From contig CAYNBQ010000004.1 of assembly GCA_964395275.1 (NCBI GenBank), positions 504-64,503 of the forward strand: 64,000 nt of DNA, given 5' to 3'. This stretch comes from an uncultured Verrucomicrobiota bacterium (GTDB taxonomy: Bacteria > Verrucomicrobiota > CALLYA01 > CAYNBQ01). Below are positions 9,379 through 19,227 of the stretch, piece by piece. Numbering within the stretch: position 1 is the stretch's first letter; each line of letters begins with the position of its first letter. Under the pieces are notes generated by a model that ran no database searches, was not told the origin of the DNA, and saw nothing but the letters and a program-made list of their open reading frames with translations. The translations under genes and the position numbers were made by a program.

Positions 9379-10563
9379 TCACCGTCCCAGGGCGAGTCCC
9401 CTGCGGATGTAGGTCGGAACGTCCAGGTCCTGCCCGTCGACGACCGTCGGTTCGGCCTTGTCGAATCGTCCCTTGCTCGGCTCGTCCAGCGGAAAGAGGG
9501 TCGGACTCGGTTCTTCCGGCTGCGCCGCCGCGGCGGCCTCCGTCGACGACGGCTCGGCCCGCCCCTGTGCGGCGCCGGTCGCATACGCGCTCGGGACGGG
9601 TCCCCGCGCCGCGAGCACGGTCACGGAGAAACGCCCGGCGTATTCCTCGTCGATGCCGGCGCCGACGATCGTCAAGGCGTCCGGACGGGCGATCCGGCCG
9701 AGTTCTTCCACCGCGCGATAGACCTCTTCCAGCGCGAGATCGGGACCCCCGACGAAACTCATCAGGATGCGGTCCGCTTCGGAGAGGGCTTCGCCCCGCT
9801 CGAGGAACGGGCTCGACATCAGTTCCGAGATGGCGCCCTGCACCTTGTCCGGATCCCGTCCCTCGGCGCAGACGAAGAAGGTTCCCCCTTCCGCGCCGGC
9901 CAGAACCGTGCGGACATCCGCGAAATCCACGTTGACCAGGCCCGGCTTCGTCAGAAGGCGCCAGATCGCCTGGATCCCGCGGCAGAGGTGCATATCCGCG
10001 ATCCGGAACGCCTCCAGCACGGTCGTTTGGGGGCCGATCGTTCCGAAGAGTTTGTCGTTCGGCACGGAAACCACGGCATCGGCCTTCCCGCGGATCTCGC
10101 CCAGCCCCTGCAGCGCGATGGTCCGGCGCTGTTCGCCTTCGAAGGCGAAGGGTTCGGTCAGAAACGCCACGGTGAGGGCGCCCTGTTCCCGGGCGAGTTC
10201 GGCGACGACCGTCACCGCCCCCGTCCCCGTCCCGCCGCCCAGACCTGCGACGAGAAAGACGATGTCCGCATCCGACAGGAGTTCCCGCAGGCGATCCCGG
10301 TCTTCCTCGGCGGCCTTCCGTCCGCGGACCGGATCGCCGCCCGCGCCCAGTCCCCGGGTTTCCCGCCGGCCGAGCTGGATCTTTTCCGGGGCCATGCATC
10401 CCGCCAGCGCCTGCGCGTCGGTGTTGGCCGCAATGAGCCGGACTCCGGCCATGCCTTCCATCACGAGACGATCGATGATGTTGCATCCCGCACCGCCGAG
10501 CCCGATCACGCGGATCCGGCAGAGCGGTTCGTCGACCCCCTGTTCCTCGCGTCCGTCGCTCAT
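9379..10563 (-). CDS. ftsZ: Cell division GTPase FtsZ
   Basis: Tubulin signature GGGTGTG (LVAGLGGGTGTGA) and the typical FtsZ N-terminus (IRVIGLGGAGCNIIDRL), with an acidic/Pro-rich C-terminal tail. Confidence 0.95.
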   Translation of the reverse strand: MSDGREEQGVDEPLCRIRVIGLGGAGCNIIDRLVMEGMAGVRLIAANTDAQALAGCMAPEKIQLGRRETRGLGAGGDPVRGRKAAEEDRDRLRELLSDADIVFLVAGLGGGTGTGAVTVVAELAREQGALTVAFLTEPFAFEGEQRRTIALQGLGEIRGKADAVVSVPNDKLFGTIGPQTTVLEAFRIADMHLCRGIQAIWRLLTKPGLVNVDFADVRTVLAGAEGGTFFVCAEGRDPDKVQGAISELMSSPFLERGEALSEADRILMSFVGGPDLALEEVYRAVEELGRIARPDALTIVGAGIDEEYAGRFSVTVLAARGPVPSAYATGAAQGRAEPSSTEAAAAAQPEEPSPTLFPLDEPSKGRFDKAEPTVVDGQDLDVPTYIRRGLALGR

Positions 10564-10590
10564 CCCCGTCGCCCTCCTCTCCCGCTCGTC

Positions 10591-11820
10591 TCAGGCCATC
10601 AGGAGATTGCGCACCGCCTGCAGCATGCGGCCGAACCCGCGCTCGCCGGTGCGCCCCCGCGTTTCGATCTGTTGATTCCTCGCATAACGGAGGAGCCCCA
10701 GCGCCGTCGCGCACTCCGGGGCGTTCAGAACGTCCTCGATCCCGTCGAACCGCTGGGCGACGCCGATCTGGGCGGGAAGATGGAAGATCTCCTCGGCCAG
10801 TTCGCGCATCCCCTTCATCCGCGCGCAGCCGCCGGTCAACACGACCCCGGCGCCCGCCGCCGACAGCAGGTGCCTGGCCTCGACGTCCTTGCGGATGATC
10901 TCGAAGATCTCCCGGGCCCGGGCCCAGAGGATCGTGTAGATATCGCGCCGCAGGACGTTGCGCGCCGGGTAGCCGCCCCCGCCGCCGACCCGCACGGCCG
11001 GATCCCTGGCGCCGACCAGGTCGGCGCGCCGGAGATTCCCCTCTTCCTTCTTGAGACGCTCGGCCCGCGGCAACGGGATCTTGAGCCCGATCGCCAGATC
11101 GTTCGAAAGATGGTCCCCGCCGACCGCCAGCACGCCCGTGTGCCGCACGGCCCCCCCCGCGTACACGATGTAATCCGTGGTGCCCGCTCCCAGGTCCAGG
11201 CAGAGAACGCCCCGCTCCTTCTGTTCGGGCGAGAGGACGGCCAGCGAAGAGGCCAGCGAGCCGAGCACGACGTCCTCGACGATCAGGGAAAGTTCGGTCA
11301 CGCAATTCACGCGCGTTTCGATCCGCGACCGCAGTCCGTGCACGATGTGAACCTCGGCCTCGAGCCGCGAGCCGCTCAACCCCCCGGGCCGCAGGGTCGG
11401 ATCGCCGTCGTCCACGCGGAATCCCTGGCGGATCGTGTGCAGGATCTCGTGGTCGGCCGGGATGTTCACGGCCTTCGCGTTCGCCACGGCCTGCTGCATC
11501 ACCGCGGCCGTAACGACCCCTTCCGCGCCGACGGGCGTGGATCCGCGGCTGCCGAACCCGCGGATATGGCTGCCGCTCACCGCGACGTAGACCGACCGGA
11601 TTTCGACCCCGGCCCGGTTTTCCGCGTCGCGCACGGCCCGGTCGAGGGTCTTTCGCGCGGCCTCGAGATCCACGATCTCCCCCTTGCGAACGCCGCCGCT
11701 CTGGGACTCGCCGATCCCGAGCACGGTCAGGGGTCCTTCCGGCGGGGATTCGCCGACCGCCACCCGCACGTGCGACGTTCCGATCTCGACACCGACGAGG
11801 ATCTGATTTCGTTTCTTCAT
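10591..11820 (-). CDS. ftsA: Cell division protein FtsA
   Basis: Actin-like ATPase, SHS2/FtsA family (LVGVEIGTSHVRVAVG… LCLDLGAGTTDYIVY…). Confidence 0.95.
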   Translation of the reverse strand: MKKRNQILVGVEIGTSHVRVAVGESPPEGPLTVLGIGESQSGGVRKGEIVDLEAARKTLDRAVRDAENRAGVEIRSVYVAVSGSHIRGFGSRGSTPVGAEGVVTAAVMQQAVANAKAVNIPADHEILHTIRQGFRVDDGDPTLRPGGLSGSRLEAEVHIVHGLRSRIETRVNCVTELSLIVEDVVLGSLASSLAVLSPEQKERGVLCLDLGAGTTDYIVYAGGAVRHTGVLAVGGDHLSNDLAIGLKIPLPRAERLKKEEGNLRRADLVGARDPAVRVGGGGGYPARNVLRRDIYTILWARAREIFEIIRKDVEARHLLSAAGAGVVLTGGCARMKGMRELAEEIFHLPAQIGVAQRFDGIEDVLNAPECATALGLLRYARNQQIETRGRTGERGFGRMLQAVRNLLMA

Positions 11821-11854
11821 GGCATTCGTCCCTGCGATCGTCTTCGTACCGGGT

Positions 11855-12728
11855 TCAGGCTCCGTTTCGATAGGTCACCGGGACGTTCCGTCCCGAGGTG
11901 AGATCCACCGTCGCCACGCGGCGTCCCCGGTTCCACGATCCGTCGAGGATGACCTCGAGGCGCCGCAGCTGGAGATCGACGCCCTCGGGCTCCATCAGAA
12001 CGGTTTCGCCGCCGGAGAGGTAGAGGGTGAGGCCGTGGCGCGCGGCCAGGTCGATGCATTCCACCCGGACGATGTCGCCCAGGCGCTCGCGCTGCAGGTA
12101 CCGGAGGACCTCCAGGGCCGGCCCGACCCATTCCCCCGGAACCCGTTCGCCGGGCCGAAAGGGGCCGCCGGGCACGCCGGCGATCACCGGCAGCATCCGG
12201 AACACCCGATCGCCGCCGCCGGGGCGCCGCCAGAGGTCCGGATCCAGCACCATTCCGTCGCCCGCGAGAAGGGCACCGTTCTCCGTTCCGATGCGGGCGA
12301 CCGGCAGGCGTTCCCGGACGGAGATCAGCAGCCGGTCGGGCATCTCCCGGCGGACGGTCGCCTCCGCGACGTTCGGGATTTCCTGGAGACGACGGCGAAT
12401 CGCCGCCAGATCCAGCGCCATCAGGTTCCGCCCCGGGGAGATGCCCGTTTCGCGCAGCAGACGATCCCGCGGAATCGTCACCAGACCCGCGATGTCGATT
12501 TCGCGGAGCGTGAACCGCGGGTTCTCGGTCAACAGCGACCGCCGGATCCCCCCGAAACCCCGCGCCACCAGGAATGCGACCAGGGCGACCGTCCCCAGGG
12601 CGAGCAGGCCGGGGGTCAGACGCCGCAGAAACGGTTCCGCGCGGCGGCGCGATCGGTTCCTGGTGCGCACCGTCGCCGGTTTGCGCACCCTGCGGTTTCC
12701 GCGTTTCGCCGTTCGTTTTCTCGGGGAC
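11855..12728 (-). CDS. ftsQ: Cell division protein FtsQ (POTRA domain)
   Basis: TM anchor (LALGTVALVAFLVA) plus POTRA/FtsQ-type domain. The ORF-track N-terminus (to 13501) overlaps ddl. GTG ~12728 sits just after the ddl stop and has a GGGAGGAG RBS. Confidence 0.8.
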
Positions 12729-12735
12729 CCCACCG

Positions 12736-13713
12736 TCAGATCTCCTCCCGGGCGCGGGTTCCGTTCCGCGCCGCCGCCGTCTCGACCAACCGCGAACAAA
12801 GCTCGCGGAACCCCATCCCGGCCTCCGCGGCGGCCATCGGCAGCAGGCTGGTTTCGGTGAATCCCGGCATGGTGTTCATTTCCAGGACGCAGGGTCGGCC
12901 TTCCCGGGTCAGGATCAGATCGACCCGGCCGAGATCCCGGGTCTGCAGCACCTCCCAGGTCGCCAGGGCGGCGGAGCGCACGGCGTCCTGCTGCCGGGAG
13001 TCGAGATCGGCGGGACAGTGGTACTGCGTTCGCCCCTTGGTGTACTTGGAAACGAAATCGAAGACCGGCCCCGGCGGAACGATCTCCACGATCGGCAGGG
13101 TTCGCCCCCCCAGGATTCCGACGGTCAGTTCCCGTCCCTCGAGCCGTTCCTCGACCAGCACGCGGGAATCGTGCGCGAAGGCCTCCCGCAGGGCCGAATC
13201 GAGTTCCCGCGGTTCCCGGACCAGCGTGATCCCGATGCTGGAGCCCTCCCGGCAGGGTTTCACGACCAGGGGCGGTCGGAAGGGAATCGCGTTGCCTCCG
13301 TCCTCCGGACCCAGGACGCACCACCTCGCCGTCGGAATCCCGACCGAGGCCAGGCGGATCTTCGTTTCCTCCTTGTCGAAGGCCGCCGAGCTGGCGCGCG
13401 CATCGCTGCCGACATACGAAAGGCCGGCCGATTCCAGAAGTCGCTGTACGCCGCCGTCCTCTCCGAACCGGCCGTGCAACGCCGGGAAGACCACGTCGCA
13501 ATCGAAGACCTCGGCCGGAAGCCGTTCGTCGTCGATCTCGACGGCGCGAACGCGATACCCGGCGTCGGCGAGCGCCCGGGCGATCGCCCTGCCGGACCGC
13601 AACGAGACCTCCCGTTCCGAGGACGGACCGCCCATCAGGACGGCGACGCGCGCCGCCGCACTCTCCGGATCCCTCGTTCCGGCGTCGTTCGCCTCTCTCC
13701 GCTCGTCAGGCAT
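12736..13713 (-). CDS. ddl: D-alanine--D-alanine ligase
   Basis: ATP-grasp Ddl family (VAVLMGGPSSEREVSLRSG…PLVVKPCREGSSIGIT…EMNTMPGFT). The start overlaps the stop of the murG-murB ORF. Confidence 0.95.
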   Translation of the reverse strand: MPDERREANDAGTRDPESAAARVAVLMGGPSSEREVSLRSGRAIARALADAGYRVRAVEIDDERLPAEVFDCDVVFPALHGRFGEDGGVQRLLESAGLSYVGSDARASSAAFDKEETKIRLASVGIPTARWCVLGPEDGGNAIPFRPPLVVKPCREGSSIGITLVREPRELDSALREAFAHDSRVLVEERLEGRELTVGILGGRTLPIVEIVPPGPVFDFVSKYTKGRTQYHCPADLDSRQQDAVRSAALATWEVLQTRDLGRVDLILTREGRPCVLEMNTMPGFTETSLLPMAAAEAGMGFRELCSRLVETAAARNGTRAREEI

Positions 13714-15880
13714 GCGATCCTCCCCCGCCTCCGGCGCCGGCGCCCCCGGGGACGAGGAATCCGTCCCCTTCCTGCGCGGAAGACTTCGGACCGGCGTCCT
13801 CGCCGAAGACGATCACCTCCGGTTCCAGATCGATCCCGCGGTCCCGTCGGACCGTCCGTCGGATCCGGTCCATCAGCCAGAGAACGTCCGCCGCCGTGGC
13901 GCCTCCGTCGTTCATGATGAAATTCGCGTGGATCTCCGAGACGTGGGCCCCGCCCCGGCGCAATCCCTTCAGACCGAGTTCCTCGATCAGCCGCCCCGCG
14001 GGAATCCCTTCCGGGTTGCGGAAGGTGCACCCCGCCGTTCTTCCCCCGGGCTGACTCTCCCGGCGCCTGCGGCCGAGTTCCTCGAGCCTTGCGAAGATGC
14101 GCTCCGGATCGGCCGGCGTCCCTTCCAGCTCGACGGCCGTCACGCAGGCCTCGCCGAGTCCGTCGCATCCCCGGTAGCGGAACCCCAGCTCGGCCGGGTC
14201 CCGCCAGGCCGGTTCCCGCCCCGGAACGGCGAGCTGCACGCCGCGCAGGACGTCGACCATCTCCGATCCCATCGCGCCGGCGTTCATCCGCACCGCCCCG
14301 CCGACCGTGCCCGGGATCCCCTCGAGAAACTCCAGGCCGCCGATCCCCCATTCCCGGGCGGCCCGGATCACCGCCTTCAGCGACGCCCCGGCCCCGGCCC
14401 GGATCCGGTTTTCGCCCACGCGCTCGATCCGGGTGAATTCCTCCGAGCGCAACCGGACCACGATCCCCCGCACGCCCCCGTCGCGCACGAGCACGTTCGA
14501 ACCATGTCCCAGGAAATAGACCGGCCAGCCGTTTTCCCGCGCCCAGGTCATCACCCGCGAGAGATCCTCCACGGACGCCGGTTCCACGAAGAGATCCGCC
14601 GCGCCCCCGATTCGGAGCCGCGTGTACCGCGCCATCGGTTCGCCGTGACGCACCACGCTGTCCTGCGAAAGAAGCCGGCGCAGATCCCCGGCCGCGTCGC
14701 GGGCCCTCTCGCCGCCGGGAGGATCGGCCGTTTCCGCCGGGGGCGGCGGGGTCGTGCGCAGCGCGCCCCGGGCGGCCGGATCCAGGTACGCCGTGATCCG
14801 TTCAACGACCCGCTCGGCCGCCGACCTCGGATCGGGCCCTTCGGCGAGGGCGCGGGCCATCCGCCGGAGCCGCTCCGGATCCCGCGCCAGGGAAACGATC
14901 CTCTCGGCCAAGCGTTCCGCGTCCAGGTCGTCCGGATCGATCACCACCGCCGCGCCGTTGCGGGCGTGAATCCCGGCGTTGGCATGCTGGTGGCGATCGG
15001 CCGCGTGGGGATAGGGCACCAGGATCGCGGGCGTCCGGGACGCCGCCAGTTCCGCCAGCGTCCCCGCCCCGGCCCGCGACACGACCAGGTCGGCCGCCGC
15101 GTAGATCCGCCCCATCCGATCCTCGAACTCGATCACCCGGAACCGGCCGGGACGGCCTTCCGCCCCCGTTTCGTGCGCCGGAGCCTTCCCGTGGCCGGCA
15201 AGAAGAATCATGACCGTCCCGGACTCCTTTTCCCGGATCTTTTCGAACGCGTCCCGGGCCGCCCGGTTCAGTTCCTCGGCGCCCTGGCTGCCGCCGATCA
15301 CCGCGATGACGAAGGCGTCCGGATCGAGCCCGAGGGATCGACGCGCCTGCGCCCGATCGACGTTGAAGATCTCCCGGCGCACCGGGATCCCCGTGACCCG
15401 GGAGCGGGCGCCGCCGAGGGGGGGCGACGTCTCCGGCCATCCCAGGAGGACCTCTTCGGCGCCCCGGGCCAGCCATCGGTTCGCGCGTCCGGGGACGGCG
15501 TTGGCCTCGTGGAGAAGAAGCGGGATCCTGCGTCTTCGGGCGGCCAGCGCCGGTACCAGCGTGGGGAATCCTCCCATCGCCAGAAGCACCCGGACATCCC
15601 TCTCCCGCAGCCGGTCGCCGAACCGTCCGGCCTCGATCCAGAGGTTCCAGGCGAACGCGGCAAGTCCCGGCCCCGGCCGCGAAGGCGGTCTGCGCGAGGG
15701 CGCGCGAACGGGCGTCAGCCATTCCGGCAACGACCGCGCCAGGCGTCGGTCGCGCTCGGAATCTCCCGTGCAGAGAAGGACCTCGATCCCGCGCTCGCGC
15801 AACCGTTCGGCGACGGCCACCGCGGGGAAGAGATGTCCCCCGGTGCCGCCCGCCGCGATCGCCGCCGTGCCGTGTGCCAT
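13706..15880 (-). CDS. murG-murB: Fused MurG (UDP-GlcNAc:lipid I GlcNAc transferase) and MurB (UDP-N-acetylenolpyruvoylglucosamine reductase) in one 724-aa ORF
   Basis: N-terminal ~370 aa is MurG (GGTGGHLFPAVAVAERL, GT28 family). C-terminal ~310 aa is MurB (FAD-binding YTRLRIGGAADLF… through the C-terminal substrate domain). No stop codon separates the two parts, and no RBS-preceded internal start is visible. Confidence 0.85.
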   Translation of the reverse strand: MAHGTAAIAAGGTGGHLFPAVAVAERLRERGIEVLLCTGDSERDRRLARSLPEWLTPVRAPSRRPPSRPGPGLAAFAWNLWIEAGRFGDRLRERDVRVLLAMGGFPTLVPALAARRRRIPLLLHEANAVPGRANRWLARGAEEVLLGWPETSPPLGGARSRVTGIPVRREIFNVDRAQARRSLGLDPDAFVIAVIGGSQGAEELNRAARDAFEKIREKESGTVMILLAGHGKAPAHETGAEGRPGRFRVIEFEDRMGRIYAAADLVVSRAGAGTLAELAASRTPAILVPYPHAADRHQHANAGIHARNGAAVVIDPDDLDAERLAERIVSLARDPERLRRMARALAEGPDPRSAAERVVERITAYLDPAARGALRTTPPPPAETADPPGGERARDAAGDLRRLLSQDSVVRHGEPMARYTRLRIGGAADLFVEPASVEDLSRVMTWARENGWPVYFLGHGSNVLVRDGGVRGIVVRLRSEEFTRIERVGENRIRAGAGASLKAVIRAAREWGIGGLEFLEGIPGTVGGAVRMNAGAMGSEMVDVLRGVQLAVPGREPAWRDPAELGFRYRGCDGLGEACVTAVELEGTPADPERIFARLEELGRRRRESQPGGRTAGCTFRNPEGIPAGRLIEELGLKGLRRGGAHVSEIHANFIMNDGGATAADVLWLMDRIRRTVRRDRGIDLEPEVIVFGEDAGPKSSAQEGDGFLVPGGAGAGGGGGSHA

Positions 15881-15896
15881 CTCGATCCGCCTCTCC

Positions 15897-17039
15897 CTAC
15901 AGGGTCGGAGTCCGATCCGTCAGCGCCAGGGGCATCGCGTCGGCCAGTTCCCCCGAGGCGTGCCGGTAGATGTTGATGAGGATCCCCACCGAAGCGAGGT
16001 TCACCACCAGGTTCGATCCGCCGAAACTGATGAAAGGCAGCGGCAGGCCCTTCGTCGGAAGCAGCCCGGTCACCACCCCCATGTTGATGAACGCCTGCAG
16101 GCCGATCAGCAGGGTCACGCCCAGCCCGAGCAGGCTCATGTAGAGATCTCCCGAGCGGAAGCTGACCCAGAGGGCGGCCAGGAAGAAACAGACGAAAAGG
16201 GTCACCACCACCAGCGTCGCCACCAGGCCGAGTTCCTCGCCGATGATCGGGAAGATGAAGTCCGTGTGCGCCTCCGGCAGGTAGAACATCTTCTGGCGGC
16301 TGCCCGCCAGTCCCAGGCCGTAGATTCCCCCCGAGCCGAAGGCGAGAATGGCCTGCTTGACCTGGTAGCCGGCGGTCTGTCCGTAGGCGTCCAGGTCGAG
16401 GAACGCCAGCATGCGTCCCATGCGCACGGGGTCCCGGAGGATCGCCAGCGCGAACGCGCCGGCCCCCGCCAGGATCGTCGGCACCAGGTAGATCAGGCGC
16501 GTTCCGGCCACGAACATCATCGTGAACGCCACCGCCGCCAGCAGGGCGCTGGTCCCGTAGTCGGGTTCCAGGAAGATCAGGAAGACGACGGCGCCGGTGA
16601 CGGCCATCGGAACGAGGAAGCCGTGGACGAACCGCTGGATCCGGCGCTGGTCCCAGGCCAGCCGATGGGCCAGGAAAAAGACGAGGGCCAGTTTCGCCGG
16701 TTCCGAGGGCTGAAACCGCAGCGATCCCATGCCGATCCACCGGCGCGCCCCGTTCACCAGGGTGCCGATCGACGGGTGCAGCGTGGCGGCCAGCAGCCCG
16801 ATCGCCCCGAGCAGGAAGAAGGGGCTCAGCCGCCGCAACCCGTGAACGTCCACGCGCATCGCCGCCAGCAGGGCGACGATGCCGATGACGATCCACAGGA
16901 GCTGCCGTTTCAGGAAATGATAGCTGTCGCCGAACCGCTGCTGCGCGAACGGGGCGCTGGTGCTGTAGAGCATGACGACCCCGAACGCCACGAAGAGCAG
17001 CGTGATCGTGATGACGACGACGGCCGACAGATGCGTCAT
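15897..17039 (-). CDS. ftsW: SEDS-family peptidoglycan glycosyltransferase FtsW
   Basis: Ten-TM FtsW/RodA/SpoVE family (…GLPLPFISFGGSNLVVN…). Confidence 0.9.
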   Translation of the reverse strand: MTHLSAVVVITITLLFVAFGVVMLYSTSAPFAQQRFGDSYHFLKRQLLWIVIGIVALLAAMRVDVHGLRRLSPFFLLGAIGLLAATLHPSIGTLVNGARRWIGMGSLRFQPSEPAKLALVFFLAHRLAWDQRRIQRFVHGFLVPMAVTGAVVFLIFLEPDYGTSALLAAVAFTMMFVAGTRLIYLVPTILAGAGAFALAILRDPVRMGRMLAFLDLDAYGQTAGYQVKQAILAFGSGGIYGLGLAGSRQKMFYLPEAHTDFIFPIIGEELGLVATLVVVTLFVCFFLAALWVSFRSGDLYMSLLGLGVTLLIGLQAFINMGVVTGLLPTKGLPLPFISFGGSNLVVNLASVGILINIYRHASGELADAMPLALTDRTPTL

Positions 17040-17053
17040 GCCCCGCGTCTCCC

Positions 17054-18013
17054 TCAGCGGATCGGAACCCGGATCGCGTCGAAGTCGCCGACCTCGTCCG
17101 CGCTCTGGAGCTCGTTCAGCTTCAGCAACACCTCCACGGTGGTGTTGTACTGTTTCGCGACGTCCTCGAGGGTTTTGCCCGGTTCCATGAACGTCAGCGT
17201 CGTTTCGGTCGCCTCGACCTCCGCAGCCGTTTCCTTTGCGGGCGCGGGGGTCGTCTCGGCCCCGGTCCCGCCCGCCGGGGTCGACGGCACGTCTTCGACC
17301 GGTTCGACCGCCGGTTCCGCGGCCGGTTCCGCGGGCGCCGCGCCGGGGATGATCAGTTCCTGGCCGGGATGGAGCAGGTCGCTGGTCAACCCGTTCGCCT
17401 CCCGGATGGCGTCGATGGTGGTCCCGTGGCGGCGGGCGATCGTCCAGAGGTTGTCGTTGGGTTGCACGACGTACTTGCCCCCGGCGGAGACGGCCGGCGC
17501 CGTCGTCGGTGCGGAGGGGGCCGCCGGCGCCGACGCCTTCGGCGCGGGTTTCGGGGCGGGTTTGGGCGCCGGCACGCTCCGGGCGCCGGCGGGGATGACG
17601 ATCTTCTGTCCCACAATGATCTTCGAATCCTCGCTAAGCCCGTTGCGGGCGAGCACCTGGCTCATGGAAATGCCGTAGCGCTGCGAGATCCCCCAGATCG
17701 TGTCGCCCTTCTGGACGATGTAGACCTGTTCCCCGGCGGCCGGCACCGTCGAGGGCCGGCGCGTGGTCGTCGGCCGCGGCGCCACCCGGACGTCTTCCGG
17801 CCGGATCCGCGGCGCGGGACGGGTGGTGCGCGCCGGCGGGATCGTCGTGGTGGTCGGGGGCGGCGGCGGCACCCGGTGATCGATTCGCGCCGGCGGCGGG
17901 GGTTGACTGATGACCTCGACGCCCCGGGTCCGGCATCCGCCGATGAACAGGACCATGCAGACCAGGAGCACATGCATCACCACGACGACTACGAACACCC
18001 TCGTCAGTTTCAT
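17054..18013 (-). CDS. Membrane-anchored protein with three LysM (peptidoglycan-binding) domains
   Basis: N-terminal TM, a Pro/Thr-rich spacer, then three LysM repeats (YIVQKGDTIWGISQRYGISMSQVLARNGL; YVVQPNDNLWTIARRHGTTIDAIREANGL; a degenerate third). It occupies the position murD normally has between mraY and ftsW. Confidence 0.85.
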   Translation of the reverse strand: MKLTRVFVVVVVMHVLLVCMVLFIGGCRTRGVEVISQPPPPARIDHRVPPPPPTTTTIPPARTTRPAPRIRPEDVRVAPRPTTTRRPSTVPAAGEQVYIVQKGDTIWGISQRYGISMSQVLARNGLSEDSKIIVGQKIVIPAGARSVPAPKPAPKPAPKASAPAAPSAPTTAPAVSAGGKYVVQPNDNLWTIARRHGTTIDAIREANGLTSDLLHPGQELIIPGAAPAEPAAEPAVEPVEDVPSTPAGGTGAETTPAPAKETAAEVEATETTLTFMEPGKTLEDVAKQYNTTVEVLLKLNELQSADEVGDFDAIRVPIR

Positions 18014-18086
18014 TTTCTTCGCCCCTCCCGCGCCCTGTCGCGCATTCCCCGGCCGGTGCGCCTCGCGCGCGCAGCCGGCGGGTGTT

Positions 18087-19220
18087 TCAGCGCAGCTTCA
18101 GCGTTCCGAGGCCGAGCAGCGCAAACAGAATCGATAAGATCCAGAACCGGACGACGACCTTCGTCTCCGGAATCCCTCCCAGCACGAAATGATGGTGGAT
18201 CGGCGCCATGCGGAAGATCCGCACCCCGCGGCTGCGGAACGAACCGACCTGCAGGATCACCGAGACCGCCTCGATCACGAAGACCCCGCCGACGATCGGC
18301 AGGGTCAACTCCTGCCGGATGAGAATCGCCACGATCCCGACCCCGCCCCCCAGCGCGAGGCTGCCCGTGTCGCCCATGAAGATCTCGGCCGGCGCCGCGT
18401 TGAACCAGAGAAACCCCAGCCCGGCGCCGAGCAGGGCCGCGCAGAAGATCGTCAGTTCCCCGGCGCCCGGCATGTAGGGAACCAGCAGGTACGACGACAG
18501 CTTCGCGTTGCCCGCGACGTAGCTGAGCAGGGCGTAGGCCATCGAGGCGGTGATGCCCGTGCCGATGGCCAGCCCGTCGAGCCCGTCGGTGAGGTTCGCG
18601 GCGTTGGAACTCCCCACCAGGATGAATCCGAAGAAGGGCAGCGCCAGCCACCCGAGATCGAGCACCGGGCGTTTCAGGAACGGCACCATCAGTTGCGTGT
18701 AGGAGACGTCGCCGGGGGTGCGCCACCCGATCAGCACCCAGCCGGCGGCGATCCCGATGCCGATCTCCAGCAGCATCTTCGTGCGGGCCCGGATCCCCCC
18801 GGTGTCCCGGCGGCGCACCTTCGACAGGTCGTCGAAGAAACCGAGCACCGCCAGGGCAAGCGTCACGGCGAGGGCCATGGCCGCGTAGCGGTTGTCCCAG
18901 GGGACCCAGAGGATCGTGCTCAACACGAGGCTGCCGACGATCAGCACCCCGCCGAACGTCGGGGTCCCTTCCTTGGCCGCATGAAACCGCTCGAGTTCCC
19001 GGAAATGATCCCCGGAGCGCTGCGGCTGGCTCGCGTCCCGCCGACGCAACCGCCGGATGAAGGGCGGCCCGAAGACGAGGGTGAGGAGCAGCGCCGTGAT
19101 CGCGGCGCCCGTCGCGCGAAACGTGATCGACTGAAAGACCCGCAGCGGGCTGAGAAACTCCGCCAGCCGGGGCATCGTCGAACGCAACGCTCCGGGAATG
19201 AGATGAACGTAATAGAACAC
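18087..19220 (-). CDS. mraY: Phospho-N-acetylmuramoyl-pentapeptide transferase MraY
   Basis: MraY/WecA family motifs (NAANLTDGLDGLA, MGDTGSLALGG, HHHFVLGG). Confidence 0.95.
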   Translation of the reverse strand: MFYYVHLIPGALRSTMPRLAEFLSPLRVFQSITFRATGAAITALLLTLVFGPPFIRRLRRRDASQPQRSGDHFRELERFHAAKEGTPTFGGVLIVGSLVLSTILWVPWDNRYAAMALAVTLALAVLGFFDDLSKVRRRDTGGIRARTKMLLEIGIGIAAGWVLIGWRTPGDVSYTQLMVPFLKRPVLDLGWLALPFFGFILVGSSNAANLTDGLDGLAIGTGITASMAYALLSYVAGNAKLSSYLLVPYMPGAGELTIFCAALLGAGLGFLWFNAAPAEIFMGDTGSLALGGGVGIVAILIRQELTLPIVGGVFVIEAVSVILQVGSFRSRGVRIFRMAPIHHHFVLGGIPETKVVVRFWILSILFALLGLGTLKLR

Positions 19221-19227
19221 GGTTCAT

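Noticed and set aside
9214-11901. 895-aa plus-strand ORF antisense to ftsZ/ftsA, and similar giant antisense ORFs (11819..15976 at 1385 aa; 26011..30648 at 1545 aa; 25550..29317 at 1255 aa; 4540..6870; 20613..23063; 32111..33955)
   Set aside because: They are Arg/Pro/Gly-rich low-complexity translations with no family resemblance. They lie exactly opposite well-supported genes. Long stop-free antisense frames are expected at ~70% GC because AT-rich stop codons are rare.
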